From: Candidatus Omnitrophota bacterium
GTDB lineage: Bacteria > Omnitrophota > Gorgyraeia > Gygaellales > Profunditerraquicolaceae
Assembly (NCBI GenBank): GCA_026387405.1
Contig: JAPLLV010000030.1
Coordinates: 1-53,609, forward strand
Reading direction: 5' to 3'
Length of the DNA stretch: 53,609 bases
The notes under the pieces were generated by a model that saw nothing but the letters and a program-made list of their open reading frames with translations, was not told where the DNA came from and did not search any database. Each line of letters begins with the position of its first letter. The stretch's first letter is position 1. Shown in pieces: positions 37,334-45,936 of the stretch. The position numbers and the translations under genes are program-made.

Positions 37334-37513
37334 TTATGCGAAGAATTTCTCTCCCTGCGCCCAGTTTTCGCCCGGCACCTCATCGATCACCAGGTAAGTA
37401 TACTCCTTGGGCTTTCCCGCGACCTTAAGCAGCGTGTCGGAGAATTCCTTTGCGATCTTTACTTTTTGCTCCTTAGTCAATTTCCCTACCAGCTTTAGAT
37501 TAATAAAAGGCAT
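37334..37513 (-). CDS. 4-oxalocrotonate tautomerase-family protein (59 aa, absent from the ORF track)
   Basis: MPFINLKLVGKLTKEQKVKIAKEFSDTLLKVAGKPKEYTYLVIDEVPGENWAQGEKFFA; Pro-1 and ENW..G; SD aggaggtg. Confidence 0.9.
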   Translation of the reverse strand: MPFINLKLVGKLTKEQKVKIAKEFSDTLLKVAGKPKEYTYLVIDEVPGENWAQGEKFFA

Positions 37514-37529
37514 ACGCGCACCTCCTGCT

Positions 37530-37575
37530 TTTTCCAGACCCGCGGTGGAATATATTCCACCGCGGGTCTGGAAAA
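37530..37575. repeat. Perfect 46-bp palindrome
   Basis: ttttccagacccgcggtggaata|tattccaccgcgggtctggaaaa with no spacer. Confidence 0.9.
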
Positions 37576-37579
37576 CCCC

Positions 37580-38170
37580 CTATCTTGACACTAGAAATAT
37601 CCCGGTATTGGCAAAGAGATTGGGGAAGAAAATAACCCGCCTCTTGATCCCTAAATACACCGCGCGCTCGATCTTTGTATCATTCTTACGGCAATAATCC
37701 AAGAAATCGAGTATGCTGAAGAAATGCAGGTTGGGGCTTTCGTACCAGGTATAGGGCAAAGTCTTTGTAACCGGGGCCCTGCCGGAAAAACCCAGCTGAA
37801 GCCGGGCCTTAAAATAGGCGAAGTTTGGAAAACCCACGATTACTTTCTTGCCCACGCGCAAGGCATCCTGAAACACCTTGTCAAAATGCTCGACCTGCTG
37901 CAGGCTCTGGTTCAGGATAACGTAATCGAATGACCCGTCCTGGTATTCGGCTAGGCCGGTGTCAATATCCCCGTGGAAGACATTTAAAGCCCTGGCTACA
38001 CATTGATAGATAGCCTGCTCGTCTATCTCTATACCCTGGCCACGCACCTCTTTATTCTTTACCAAAAGTTCCAGAAGCTCTCCCGCGCCGCATCCCAGAT
38101 CCAGCACTGACGCGCGCGGAGGAATAATATCCAGGATCACCTTATGGTCTATGCGAATATCGGATCTCAT
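37580..38170 (-). CDS. metW: Methionine biosynthesis protein MetW
   Basis: LDLGCGAG, DYVILNQSLQ, GFPNF, LPYTWYESPNLH; follows metX. Confidence 0.95.
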   Translation of the reverse strand: MRSDIRIDHKVILDIIPPRASVLDLGCGAGELLELLVKNKEVRGQGIEIDEQAIYQCVARALNVFHGDIDTGLAEYQDGSFDYVILNQSLQQVEHFDKVFQDALRVGKKVIVGFPNFAYFKARLQLGFSGRAPVTKTLPYTWYESPNLHFFSILDFLDYCRKNDTKIERAVYLGIKRRVIFFPNLFANTGIFLVSR

Positions 38171-39312
38171 AGTTTGGCCTCATTTTGGCTTACCGAGAAT
38201 ACCTTTTTTAAAAAATGCTTCACCAGATGCGTCTCTTCCTCAAATTCCAAAAGAAACGCGTCATGTCCATAAGTAGAATCTATCTCGCAGTAAGATGCCT
38301 CAAGCCCGGCGAACTTACAGGCTTTGATGATCTCTTTGGACTGGTATGCCGGGTATAACCAATCCGACTTAAAGGCAATTACCAACACCTTTACCTTTAA
38401 TCCTTTCCATACTTCCTGTAAAGGCTTACTCCTGGTAGCATCAAAATTATCCATAGCCTTGGTAATATAAAGGTAAGAATTGGCGTCAAAGCGCTTGACG
38501 AAATTATCGCCGCGGTAACGCAGGTAGCCCTCCACTTCAAAATCAGCGGTGAATTTGAATTGCTCGCTATCTTTCTTCTTCTGCCTGCCGAATTTATCGG
38601 CCATTGAGGCATCGCTCATATAAGTGATATGCCCGATCATCCTGGCCACTGCCAGGCCTTTTGCGGGATGAGCCCCGCCGTAATAATCGCCATCTTTCCA
38701 GCAGGGATCAGCCATGATCGCCTGCCTGCCCACTTCATCAAAGGCGATCTGCTGCGGCGAATGTCTCATCGCCGTGGCGATGGGAATGGCGCTATGTATC
38801 TTATTCGGATACTTCACCAGCCACGCAAGGGCCTGCATACCGCCCATAGACCCGCCTACCACCGTCAACAGCTTCTTGATGCCCAGATATTCGATCAGCC
38901 TCTTTTGGCATTCGACCATATCGCCTATGCTTACTATGGGAAAATCAAGGCAATAGGTTTTGTTGGTCCTGGGATTAATGCTTGAAGGCCCGGTAGAACC
39001 TGCGCATCCTCCCAGGATATTGGAACAGATAACAAAGTATTTATTGGTATCAAAGGCCTTCTCCGGTCCAACCATAGAATCCCACCAACCCGGGTCTTTT
39101 TCTCCCTCGTGGAAACCGGCAACATGGGCATCTCCGGATAGGGCGTGGAGGATCAAGACCGCGTTGGTCTTTTCCTTATTCAACTCGCCGTAAGTTTCGT
39201 AAGCAATAGTTACCGGCCCTAACCTGGCGCCGGATTCCAGTTTCAATTCATCCGGTGGGTTAGCAAAAGTAAAGTATTGGGTCTTGACAACGCCTAAACT
39301 CTTCTTTTCCAT
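38167..39312 (-). CDS. metX: Homoserine O-acetyltransferase
   Basis: HALSGD, GGCAGSTGP, GGSMGGMQ, RFDANSY, SDWLYP, GHDAFL. Confidence 0.95.
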   Translation of the reverse strand: MEKKSLGVVKTQYFTFANPPDELKLESGARLGPVTIAYETYGELNKEKTNAVLILHALSGDAHVAGFHEGEKDPGWWDSMVGPEKAFDTNKYFVICSNILGGCAGSTGPSSINPRTNKTYCLDFPIVSIGDMVECQKRLIEYLGIKKLLTVVGGSMGGMQALAWLVKYPNKIHSAIPIATAMRHSPQQIAFDEVGRQAIMADPCWKDGDYYGGAHPAKGLAVARMIGHITYMSDASMADKFGRQKKKDSEQFKFTADFEVEGYLRYRGDNFVKRFDANSYLYITKAMDNFDATRSKPLQEVWKGLKVKVLVIAFKSDWLYPAYQSKEIIKACKFAGLEASYCEIDSTYGHDAFLLEFEEETHLVKHFLKKVFSVSQNEAKL

Positions 39313-40241
39313 TACGCGTACTCCTGAAATAGCCAGGTAGAGAGATAGCGCTCTCCGGTATCCGGCAATATTACAACTATGGTTTTCCCTTCAGAGCCCT
39401 TGCGTTTGGCAACCTCAAGGGCCGCCCACATAGCCGCTCCGCTGGAGATACCGACCAGGATCCCTTCTTTGCGCGCTAATTCCTTGGCAATGTTTCCGGC
39501 GTCTTCATTTTTAACCGTGATGATCTCATCGAGTAATTTCGTATTTAAAACACCAGGCACGAACCCTGCCCCTATACCCTGGATCTTGTGCGGTCCGGGT
39601 TTGCCTCCGGAAAGGACCGGAGAATCCGCCGGCTCAACGCCTATCAGCTTGACCTGAGGCTTCTTTTTCTTCAATACTTCTCCTACTCCGGTGATCGTCC
39701 CTCCTGTGCCTATACCGGAAATAAAAATATCAACGCTCCCCCCGGTGTCGCCCCATATCTCTTCGGCAGTAGTCTTACGATGTATCTCGGGGTTTGCCGG
39801 ATTATTGAACTGCTGGGGCATAAAACTATTCGGTGTATTTTTAACCAGCTCTTCCGCCTTCTCAATCGCTCCGCGCATACCTTTTGCGCCTTCGGTTAAA
39901 ACAAGTTCCGCGCCAAAGATTTTCAAGAGCTGCCTGCGTTCAAGGCTCATGGTATCCGGCATAGTCAGGATAAGACGATAGCCCTTGGCTGCCGCCACAA
40001 ACGCCAGGGCAATCCCGGTATTCCCGCTAGTCGGTTCAATGATCACCGAATCTTTTTTCAGGAGCCCTTTTTTCTCTGCGTCCTCAACCATAGCTAATCC
40101 GATCCTGTCTTTGACACTGGACAGAGGATTGAAAGACTCAAGCTTAGCTAAGATATTTGCCTCAAGCCCTGCGCTAAGTTTATTAATACGCACCAACGGC
40201 GTGCGGCCGACAGTCTTAGTAATATCGCTATAGATGTTCAT
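39312..40241 (-). CDS. cysK: Cysteine synthase A
   Basis: [45 protein letters not shown]. Confidence 0.97.
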   Translation of the reverse strand: MNIYSDITKTVGRTPLVRINKLSAGLEANILAKLESFNPLSSVKDRIGLAMVEDAEKKGLLKKDSVIIEPTSGNTGIALAFVAAAKGYRLILTMPDTMSLERRQLLKIFGAELVLTEGAKGMRGAIEKAEELVKNTPNSFMPQQFNNPANPEIHRKTTAEEIWGDTGGSVDIFISGIGTGGTITGVGEVLKKKKPQVKLIGVEPADSPVLSGGKPGPHKIQGIGAGFVPGVLNTKLLDEIITVKNEDAGNIAKELARKEGILVGISSGAAMWAALEVAKRKGSEGKTIVVILPDTGERYLSTWLFQEYA

Positions 40242-40260
40242 TGCTTAAACCTCCTCTATA

Positions 40261-40314
40261 GTCATTGCGAGCCCGTCCTGAGATTGCTTCGGCTGACTTC
40301 GTCAGCCTCGCAAT
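40261..40314. repeat. REP family A element, left part (interrupted by the IS; continues at 41350-41370)
   Basis: gtcattgcgagcccgtc..gattgcttcg..ctcgcaat, resuming as gcaatgacgggcgaagcaatc after the IS. Confidence 0.75.
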
Positions 40315-41341
40315 GGGCATAATATCCAAAAAGTGTTGGTGCCCGATTTTATAAGTACTTGTATTTCTTAACGATAATGCTATTTTATTACTTGTTTATT
40401 AAACCCGTTCAATAAAGGAATCTTTATGATAAAAAAAGCACTGTCCCAAATGTGGGATGTAATAAGTGTTGTAAATCGTTCATCTGGCAAAGAGCGGATA
40501 ATAAAAGGTACCGCGAACAACATTGGTTTAAGTTATGGGTCATCGAAAGCTATACCGTTCGGCAACTTGTTAATCTATCAAACTATAGCAAAACGAAACT
40601 AAGGCGTATTATTCATTATTGGCTCAGCCAGTTGCCCAAAGAACCCATTGATCTTTCAAAACATAAATACCTTATTTACGATGGTACGTATTTCCATAAA
40701 AATGGCTGTTTAATTTGCCTGATGGATTCGGTGCGCCCGAAAATTATTGCAAATATTTATACTGCTAAAGAAGGCTTTAAGAATGTACGCCCATGGCTTG
40801 AAGAACTTAAGCAGCAAGGCCTTGCCCCTAATTTTATCTCGATGGACGGCGAAAGATCCGTTATTCGTGCCATAAAGGCAACATGGCGAAAGGTTAAGAT
40901 CCAACGCTGCCTTTTCCATATACAGCGCGAAGGAATGCGCTGGTTAAGATCGCATCCAAAGACCTTAGCAGGTAAAGAACTAAGGCAGCTGCTTAGTACT
41001 TTGAACAATGTTAAAAGTATCAAAGAGCGGAACGAATTCACAAGAAGCTTTCGGCAATGGATCAGACGCTATTACAATTTTGTGCAATCATTGCCAACAA
41101 GTACCGTTGCTTTTAAGGATTTAAAGCGTACAATCGCATTAATTCACAATGCGCTTCCAGATATGTTTTATTATCTTAAGAATCCTTTAGCGCCGGCAAC
41201 AACGAATTCGCTAGAAAGTTTTTATTCACGGCTTAAAGCCGATTACCAACGTCACCGTGGGCTAAGCGAAACTCACAAAATTCACTACTTAAAATGGTAT
41301 TGTTACTACAAAAATACCAACACTCTGTGAGTATTAAGCCC
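40315..41341 (+). mobile_element. IS256/Mutator-like insertion sequence, about 1.03 kb
   Basis: 26-bp imperfect TIRs gggcataatatccaaaaagtgttggt / accaacactctgtgagtattaagccc; AT-richer than the flanks. Confidence 0.85.
40426..41330 (+). pseudogene. DDE transposase (IS256-like) with a disrupted N-terminal Zn-ribbon; open frame 40452-41330
   Basis: YDGTY, MDGE, IQRCLFH, TTNSLES; ATG 40426, HCPKCG and CNKC..SF lie in three different frames. Confidence 0.7.
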
Positions 41342-41368
41342 TTAAGCCCGCAATGACGGGCGAAGCAA

Positions 41369-42661
41369 TCACGCTTTCCCTAAAGCCTGTTCTATATCGC
41401 CAATAATATCGTCAATATGTTCGATGCCGATTGACAAACGGATAAAATCCGGCGTCACCCCGGTAGACAACTGTTCCTGGGGAGATAATTGCTGGTGTGT
41501 GGTGGTTGCCGGGTGTATAGCCAGACTTTTGGCATCTCCGATATTGGCCAGATGCGATATTAACTGAAGCGAATCAATGAATTTCTTTCCCCCCTCTAAA
41601 CCGCTCTTAATGCCAAATCCTATAATTGCGCCCGCGCCTTTAGGGAGGTATTTTTTAACCCGCGGCTTTTCCGGGCTCGAGTCCAGTCCCGGATAATTCA
41701 CCCAGGCAACCTTGGGATGTTCTTCAAGATATTTCGCTACTGCCAGCGCGTTCTCGGAATGTCTGGGCATCCTCAGATGCAGCGTCTCTAAACCCTGCAG
41801 GAACAAGAAGGCGTTAAAAGGAGACATTGCCGGGCCAAGGTCGCGGAGCAGGGAAACCCTCGCCTTGATAATATACGCGATGTTCCCCAATGGTTTTAAT
41901 GCCTCCACAAAGTTTATTCCGTGATAACTGGGATCGGCTCCGGCGATCAAGGGAAACTTACCGTTAGTCCAGTCAAATTTCCCTGAATCGACGATTAACC
42001 CGCCGAGCGAAGTACCGTGCCCTCCGATGAATTTCGTGGCCGAATAGACCACGATATCCACGCCATAATCAATTGGCCTTAATAGATACGGCGAAACGGT
42101 ATTATCCAGGACAAACGGGATGCCGTTTTTGTGCGTCAGTTTTGATATCCCTTCCAGGTCCGCGACATCCAATTTAGGGTTACCGATAGATTCCGCGTAA
42201 ACAGCCTTGGTCTTAGGGATAATCGCCTTTTGCATCGCGTCAAGGTCATTGGATTTGACAAATTTTACCTTTAGGCCTAAACGCGGGAACGTATAGTGAA
42301 AGAGGTTATAGGTCCCGCCGTAGAGGTTATCCGCGGAGACGATCTCATCGCCTGCCTGAGCGATATTCAATAGCGCCAAGGTAATCGCAGACTGACCGCT
42401 TGCAACAGCCAGCCCTCCCACGCCGCCGTCAAGAAGAGCGATCCTTCTCTCTAGCACGTCATTGGTAGGATTCATCAGGCGGGTATAGATATTGCCGAAT
42501 TCCTTGAGCCCAAAAAGATTTGCCGCGTGCTCAGTGCTTTTGAACTGATAAGAGGTAGTCTGATATATCGGCACGGCCCTTGAGCCGGTTGTGGGATCCG
42601 CTTCCTGCCCTCCGTGTAAAGCCAGTGTCTCGACTTTTAGTTTTGCGTCTATCTTGCTCAT
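41369..42661 (-). CDS. metY: O-acetylhomoserine sulfhydrylase
   Basis: [55 protein letters not shown]. Confidence 0.95.
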   Translation of the reverse strand: MSKIDAKLKVETLALHGGQEADPTTGSRAVPIYQTTSYQFKSTEHAANLFGLKEFGNIYTRLMNPTNDVLERRIALLDGGVGGLAVASGQSAITLALLNIAQAGDEIVSADNLYGGTYNLFHYTFPRLGLKVKFVKSNDLDAMQKAIIPKTKAVYAESIGNPKLDVADLEGISKLTHKNGIPFVLDNTVSPYLLRPIDYGVDIVVYSATKFIGGHGTSLGGLIVDSGKFDWTNGKFPLIAGADPSYHGINFVEALKPLGNIAYIIKARVSLLRDLGPAMSPFNAFLFLQGLETLHLRMPRHSENALAVAKYLEEHPKVAWVNYPGLDSSPEKPRVKKYLPKGAGAIIGFGIKSGLEGGKKFIDSLQLISHLANIGDAKSLAIHPATTTHQQLSPQEQLSTGVTPDFIRLSIGIEHIDDIIGDIEQALGKA

Positions 42662-42672
42662 ATATTTCCTCC

Positions 42673-42707
42673 ATATAGTACTAAACCGATAAGCTTAATC
42701 AGTATTT
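42673..42707. promoter_or_regulatory. Candidate Rrf2 (IscR/CymR-like) site upstream of metY
   Basis: Shares TACTAAnnCnATnAnCnTAnT with the site at 44518-44553. Confidence 0.4.
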
Positions 42708-42754
42708 TACTGCAAACCCAAAGACTCTGCAAACTAAATTCTTCAGATCATCTC

Positions 42755-43588
42755 TTAGAATGCGTATTGAGCGCTTAATACTACACCGTTGCCTAACCCG
42801 ACCTTGCCGGCCGACTTATGGTCTCCGGCATCGACATATGCCAGGACAAGGGTAAGATTTTTGTTCGGCGTCCATGCTATATGCGCATCCCAATAATCAG
42901 CGTCTTTCCAATCTTTATAATGCGCTCCCTGTTTATATTCAAAACCGGCAATTAAATCCTTAGGCAGGATCACATCAATGTTGCCGAAGCCGGTCTCCCT
43001 CCTGTCCTTATCATATCCAAACACTCCTGTAGTCTTGCCTTTAGTGGAGAGTACGCCCCCGGAAAGCAGCACCGGCCTGGGCAGGCGGGTAATAAGCTTT
43101 GTCGCCACCACATAATAATCTTCACCGCCTGCATCAATTCCCGATCCCACATTAGAAGTATGTTTAAAGATGGTCCCTGCTGATAACGCGGGTATGAATT
43201 TAGTACTAAAGGAATTCTCCGGCAATAACAATAGCTTTGCCCCAACGTTACTCTTACGCTTGGTGGCGGCATTATCCTGGGCAATTGTTTCATACCCATA
43301 AGAAACTTCCAGTCTTTTAAAGAACGTATCGGCAACGCCTATGGCGGTCCAGTCGACTTTAACATGGTCGAGATTAACATACCAGGCGCCGAATCTCGGT
43401 TTACCTGCAATCTCGGCGTTACCTGCTTTAAAATGACTATCTTCGCCATCTGAATCTGCCAGGTACGCCAGAGGATTAAACGCTACCCCTCCTACGCCTT
43501 CCAAATTCGTAAGCGGAGCCCCGGCAAAGACGTTCCTCGTAACTAAAACCGCAACAACAAGTATAGCCAGAAAAGTAAGCTTTCTCAT
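42755..43588 (-). CDS. Outer-membrane beta-barrel protein, DUF3034-like
   Basis: Signal peptide, LEGVGG..FNPLAYL, alternating beta-strands, C-terminal SAQYAF barrel signature. Confidence 0.65.
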   Translation of the reverse strand: MRKLTFLAILVVAVLVTRNVFAGAPLTNLEGVGGVAFNPLAYLADSDGEDSHFKAGNAEIAGKPRFGAWYVNLDHVKVDWTAIGVADTFFKRLEVSYGYETIAQDNAATKRKSNVGAKLLLLPENSFSTKFIPALSAGTIFKHTSNVGSGIDAGGEDYYVVATKLITRLPRPVLLSGGVLSTKGKTTGVFGYDKDRRETGFGNIDVILPKDLIAGFEYKQGAHYKDWKDADYWDAHIAWTPNKNLTLVLAYVDAGDHKSAGKVGLGNGVVLSAQYAF

Positions 43589-43702
43589 TTAAAGAACCTC
43601 CCTTGAAAACTTTATGTGCGCTTTTCCAGCTGACTGGTTGAATTTGCACGGTTATTTTTTTAGATCGCCCTCTCTTCGGTTAACCGGTAAGAGAAACCTT
43701 CT

Positions 43703-43894
43703 TTAAATACCACCTCCTTCCTCAAGCTTCCACACATCATCAAAACGCCTTCTCTGTGTCATCTCTATCTGGATTATCTTATTATTATGCACCTTAATAT
43801 TTACTTCCCCATATTCTAAAGACCCTACGGCGTCGCTGATCTCTTTTATAATTGTGTCGTTCAGTAATTTTTTAGAACTTTGAATGATGCTCAT
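43703..43894 (-). CDS. YezD/OscA (DUF2292) small protein
   Basis: I..AV.SLEYGEV.I.VHN.KIIQIE.T...RF; SD aaggag. Confidence 0.85.
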   Translation of the reverse strand: MSIIQSSKKLLNDTIIKEISDAVGSLEYGEVNIKVHNNKIIQIEMTQRRRFDDVWKLEEGGGI

Positions 43895-43914
43895 CTGTTT
43901 CTCCTTGTCATAGG

Positions 43915-43954
43915 AAAAAAATACCCACTAACCTTTTTTATATCCGGTAGTGGG
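43915..43954 (-). terminator. Attenuator-type terminator upstream of the YezD-like gene
   Basis: cccactacc..ggttagtggg stem followed by tattttttcc. Confidence 0.65.
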
Positions 43955-43998
43955 CTGCGCCGCCCTATGTATTATATTTTCCTCGTGGCTACATAGGT

Positions 43999-44055
43999 TC
44001 AACCTCCCCCACCGCAGCAACAACACATTGCCATCATATTGGAATAAATAATCAT
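43999..44055 (-). CDS. Putative Cys/Met leader peptide MIIYSNMMAMCCCCGGGG
   Basis: Hand translation; aaagg SD just after the Rrf2 stop; terminator downstream; precedes Cys/Met biosynthesis genes. Confidence 0.75.
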   Translation of the reverse strand: MIIYSNMMAMCCCCGGGG

Positions 44056-44068
44056 TTTTGTATGCCTT

Positions 44069-44509
44069 TTATATCGAATAAAGAAGCGCTTCTTGCCTGG
44101 CATTAGTTTCAGCCGCCAAAGTCTCAAAGGTTACCTTATCCACGACATTCGAGGTAGCCTCAGCAACATTCTGCCAGATCTTTCTAAACGCGCATTTATA
44201 CACATCAGCGCATTCTGAATAACCATGTTTTACACAAGCTATGGGTTCTATCGGCCCATCGATAAACCTGATCACCTCTCCTACGGTCATCTGGGACGGC
44301 GCCCTGGATAACATATAACCTCCGATATTGCCGCGCCTGCTCTCTACAAAACCACCCCTCTTTAACTCAAGTAATACCTGCTCCAGGAATTTGAGCGGCG
44401 CGTCTATTTGCCTGGCTAATTCATGTATGGTGATTACGTTGCTGCCATAATGCGCAGCCAAATACAATAGCGCTTTTAAAGCATAATCTCCTTTATAAGT
44501 TATTTTCAT
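44069..44509 (-). CDS. Rrf2-family regulator (IscR/CymR-like, 3 Cys)
   Basis: ITYKGDYALKAL, FLEQVL, SRRGNIGGY, DGPIEPIAC..C..C; start moved to MKITYK. Confidence 0.92.
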   Translation of the reverse strand: MKITYKGDYALKALLYLAAHYGSNVITIHELARQIDAPLKFLEQVLLELKRGGFVESRRGNIGGYMLSRAPSQMTVGEVIRFIDGPIEPIACVKHGYSECADVYKCAFRKIWQNVAEATSNVVDKVTFETLAAETNARQEALLYSI

Positions 44510-44517
44510 GGTTAGCT

Positions 44518-44575
44518 CATAATCTACTAATTCTATCAACATAGTAGAGTATACATGAAAAAAAATATTTGTCAA
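44518..44575 (-). promoter_or_regulatory. Sigma70 promoter plus palindromic Rrf2-type operator
   Basis: TTGACA-16 nt-TATACT; tctacta..tagtaga inverted repeat just downstream of the -10 box. Confidence 0.7.
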
Positions 44576-44583
44576 GTATTTTT

Positions 44584-45936
44584 TTATTTTGCCAGGGAAA
44601 TGCCTGCGGCATCCAGGATATCCTTACCTTCCTTCCAGGGGTTTATGTAACGGGCGATGCTTAGCTGCCCGTTCTTCTCTTTTAAATCAATGACCTCCTT
44701 TTTATCCACCGGGTAAAATACCTCAACCTTGGGCAAGAGGATGGCATCCTCGTTCTCCTCTTTTACCAGGGCCACCCTTTCGTCGCTTAAATAGACAAGG
44801 GAACCGATCGGCCAGACTCCCATGATCTGAAAAAACTTTTCCAGAAGCTCAGGTTCAAAAGAAGTACCCTTTTCCTTCAACATGATATTATAGATCGTGT
44901 CCGGGGCGTAATCCGCCTTATAGCTCCTCTTTTGGAAAAGGGCATCATAGACATCGCAGATGGTCACGATCAATGAGGCAACGTGGGGTTTCTTAAGATT
45001 CTGGACCTTGGGATAGCCTGAAAGGTCATACTTAAGATGGTGCTCAAAGGCAACCACCACCGGTAGAATGCCAAGGCTGTCCACATAATCCAGAAGCAGT
45101 TCAGCGCCCAGGAGGGCGTGGCTCCTGATCTTATCAAATTCCTCATCCGTCAATTTCTCTGTCTTTCTGATAATCTTGCGGGATATGTAAAGCTTGCCGA
45201 TATCGTGGAAGAGGGCAGCAGTCCCCAGGTCCATCACGTCGTCTTTAGAAAAACCTGCCTTGGAGGCAAGATGCATCGATAGAATTGCCACATTCAGGAG
45301 ATGGACAGAAGTTCCTAGATCATATCTCCTCATGGTGGATACCTTGAGTAATTCCGGAGACTGGTTTATCAACCCCTCCATCATGCCCTGCATCACCAGC
45401 TTCAAACCCAGAGGGTCGATCGACCCTCCGTCCAGGACATTTGTGAGGGATTGGGAAACACTGTGAAGAGAATCGACAAATACCGCGCCCACTCCTTTTT
45501 CTTCCTGCGACGGTGGGACTTGAGCCTTTAATTTACCGACGACTATGTTCCTGACACCCGCCAGCATCAAATATTCCTGTACCTCTTTTTTAATCTCCAG
45601 TTTTCCGGCGCCGAGAAATCCGATAAAGGCATCCAGCTCCCTTTTCTCTATGCCGCGCAAGAAAGTCACCTTCTCTATCTTCTTCTCTTTTAGGTACGAT
45701 ATCGGCGAAAGGTTCAATCTGGCCGCGTCAGAAATAACTTGATCCTCAAAAGCCAATTCTCCTTCTATAACTCCGAGGGTAAAGGTTTGCCTCCCGGCAA
45801 GGACCGCCTGCAGGCTTTTATAGGGGGGGGACAGCGAATCCTTGAAAAGCCTGTGCCCCAGGCCGTAGAGTTTGGCCGTCTGCAGGCTGATAAGTAAATC
45901 CCTTAAGAATATCTCGATCTCTCCTAGGCTTGCCAT
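44584..45936 (-). CDS. HD-GYP domain phosphohydrolase
   Basis: HLLNV, FHDIGK, FEHH..YDLSGYP, DVYDAL..RSYK. Confidence 0.9.
   Translation of the reverse strand: MASLGEIEIFLRDLLISLQTAKLYGLGHRLFKDSLSPPYKSLQAVLAGRQTFTLGVIEGELAFEDQVISDAARLNLSPISYLKEKKIEKVTFLRGIEKRELDAFIGFLGAGKLEIKKEVQEYLMLAGVRNIVVGKLKAQVPPSQEEKGVGAVFVDSLHSVSQSLTNVLDGGSIDPLGLKLVMQGMMEGLINQSPELLKVSTMRRYDLGTSVHLLNVAILSMHLASKAGFSKDDVMDLGTAALFHDIGKLYISRKIIRKTEKLTDEEFDKIRSHALLGAELLLDYVDSLGILPVVVAFEHHLKYDLSGYPKVQNLKKPHVASLIVTICDVYDALFQKRSYKADYAPDTIYNIMLKEKGTSFEPELLEKFFQIMGVWPIGSLVYLSDERVALVKEENEDAILLPKVEVFYPVDKKEVIDLKEKNGQLSIARYINPWKEGKDILDAAGISLAK

Noticed and set aside
42662-44068. SAM (S-box) riboswitch or T-box before the met/cys genes
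   Set aside because: I could not find the S-box core or the T-box GGTGGTACC motif; an Rfam scan would be decisive
2506-44575. Long N-terminal extensions in the ORF track for pfkB, rluA, bioC, larE, both Rrf2 genes, thi4 and thiM
   Set aside because: They overlap neighbouring genes, repeats or regulatory elements; downstream starts fit the family N-termini better
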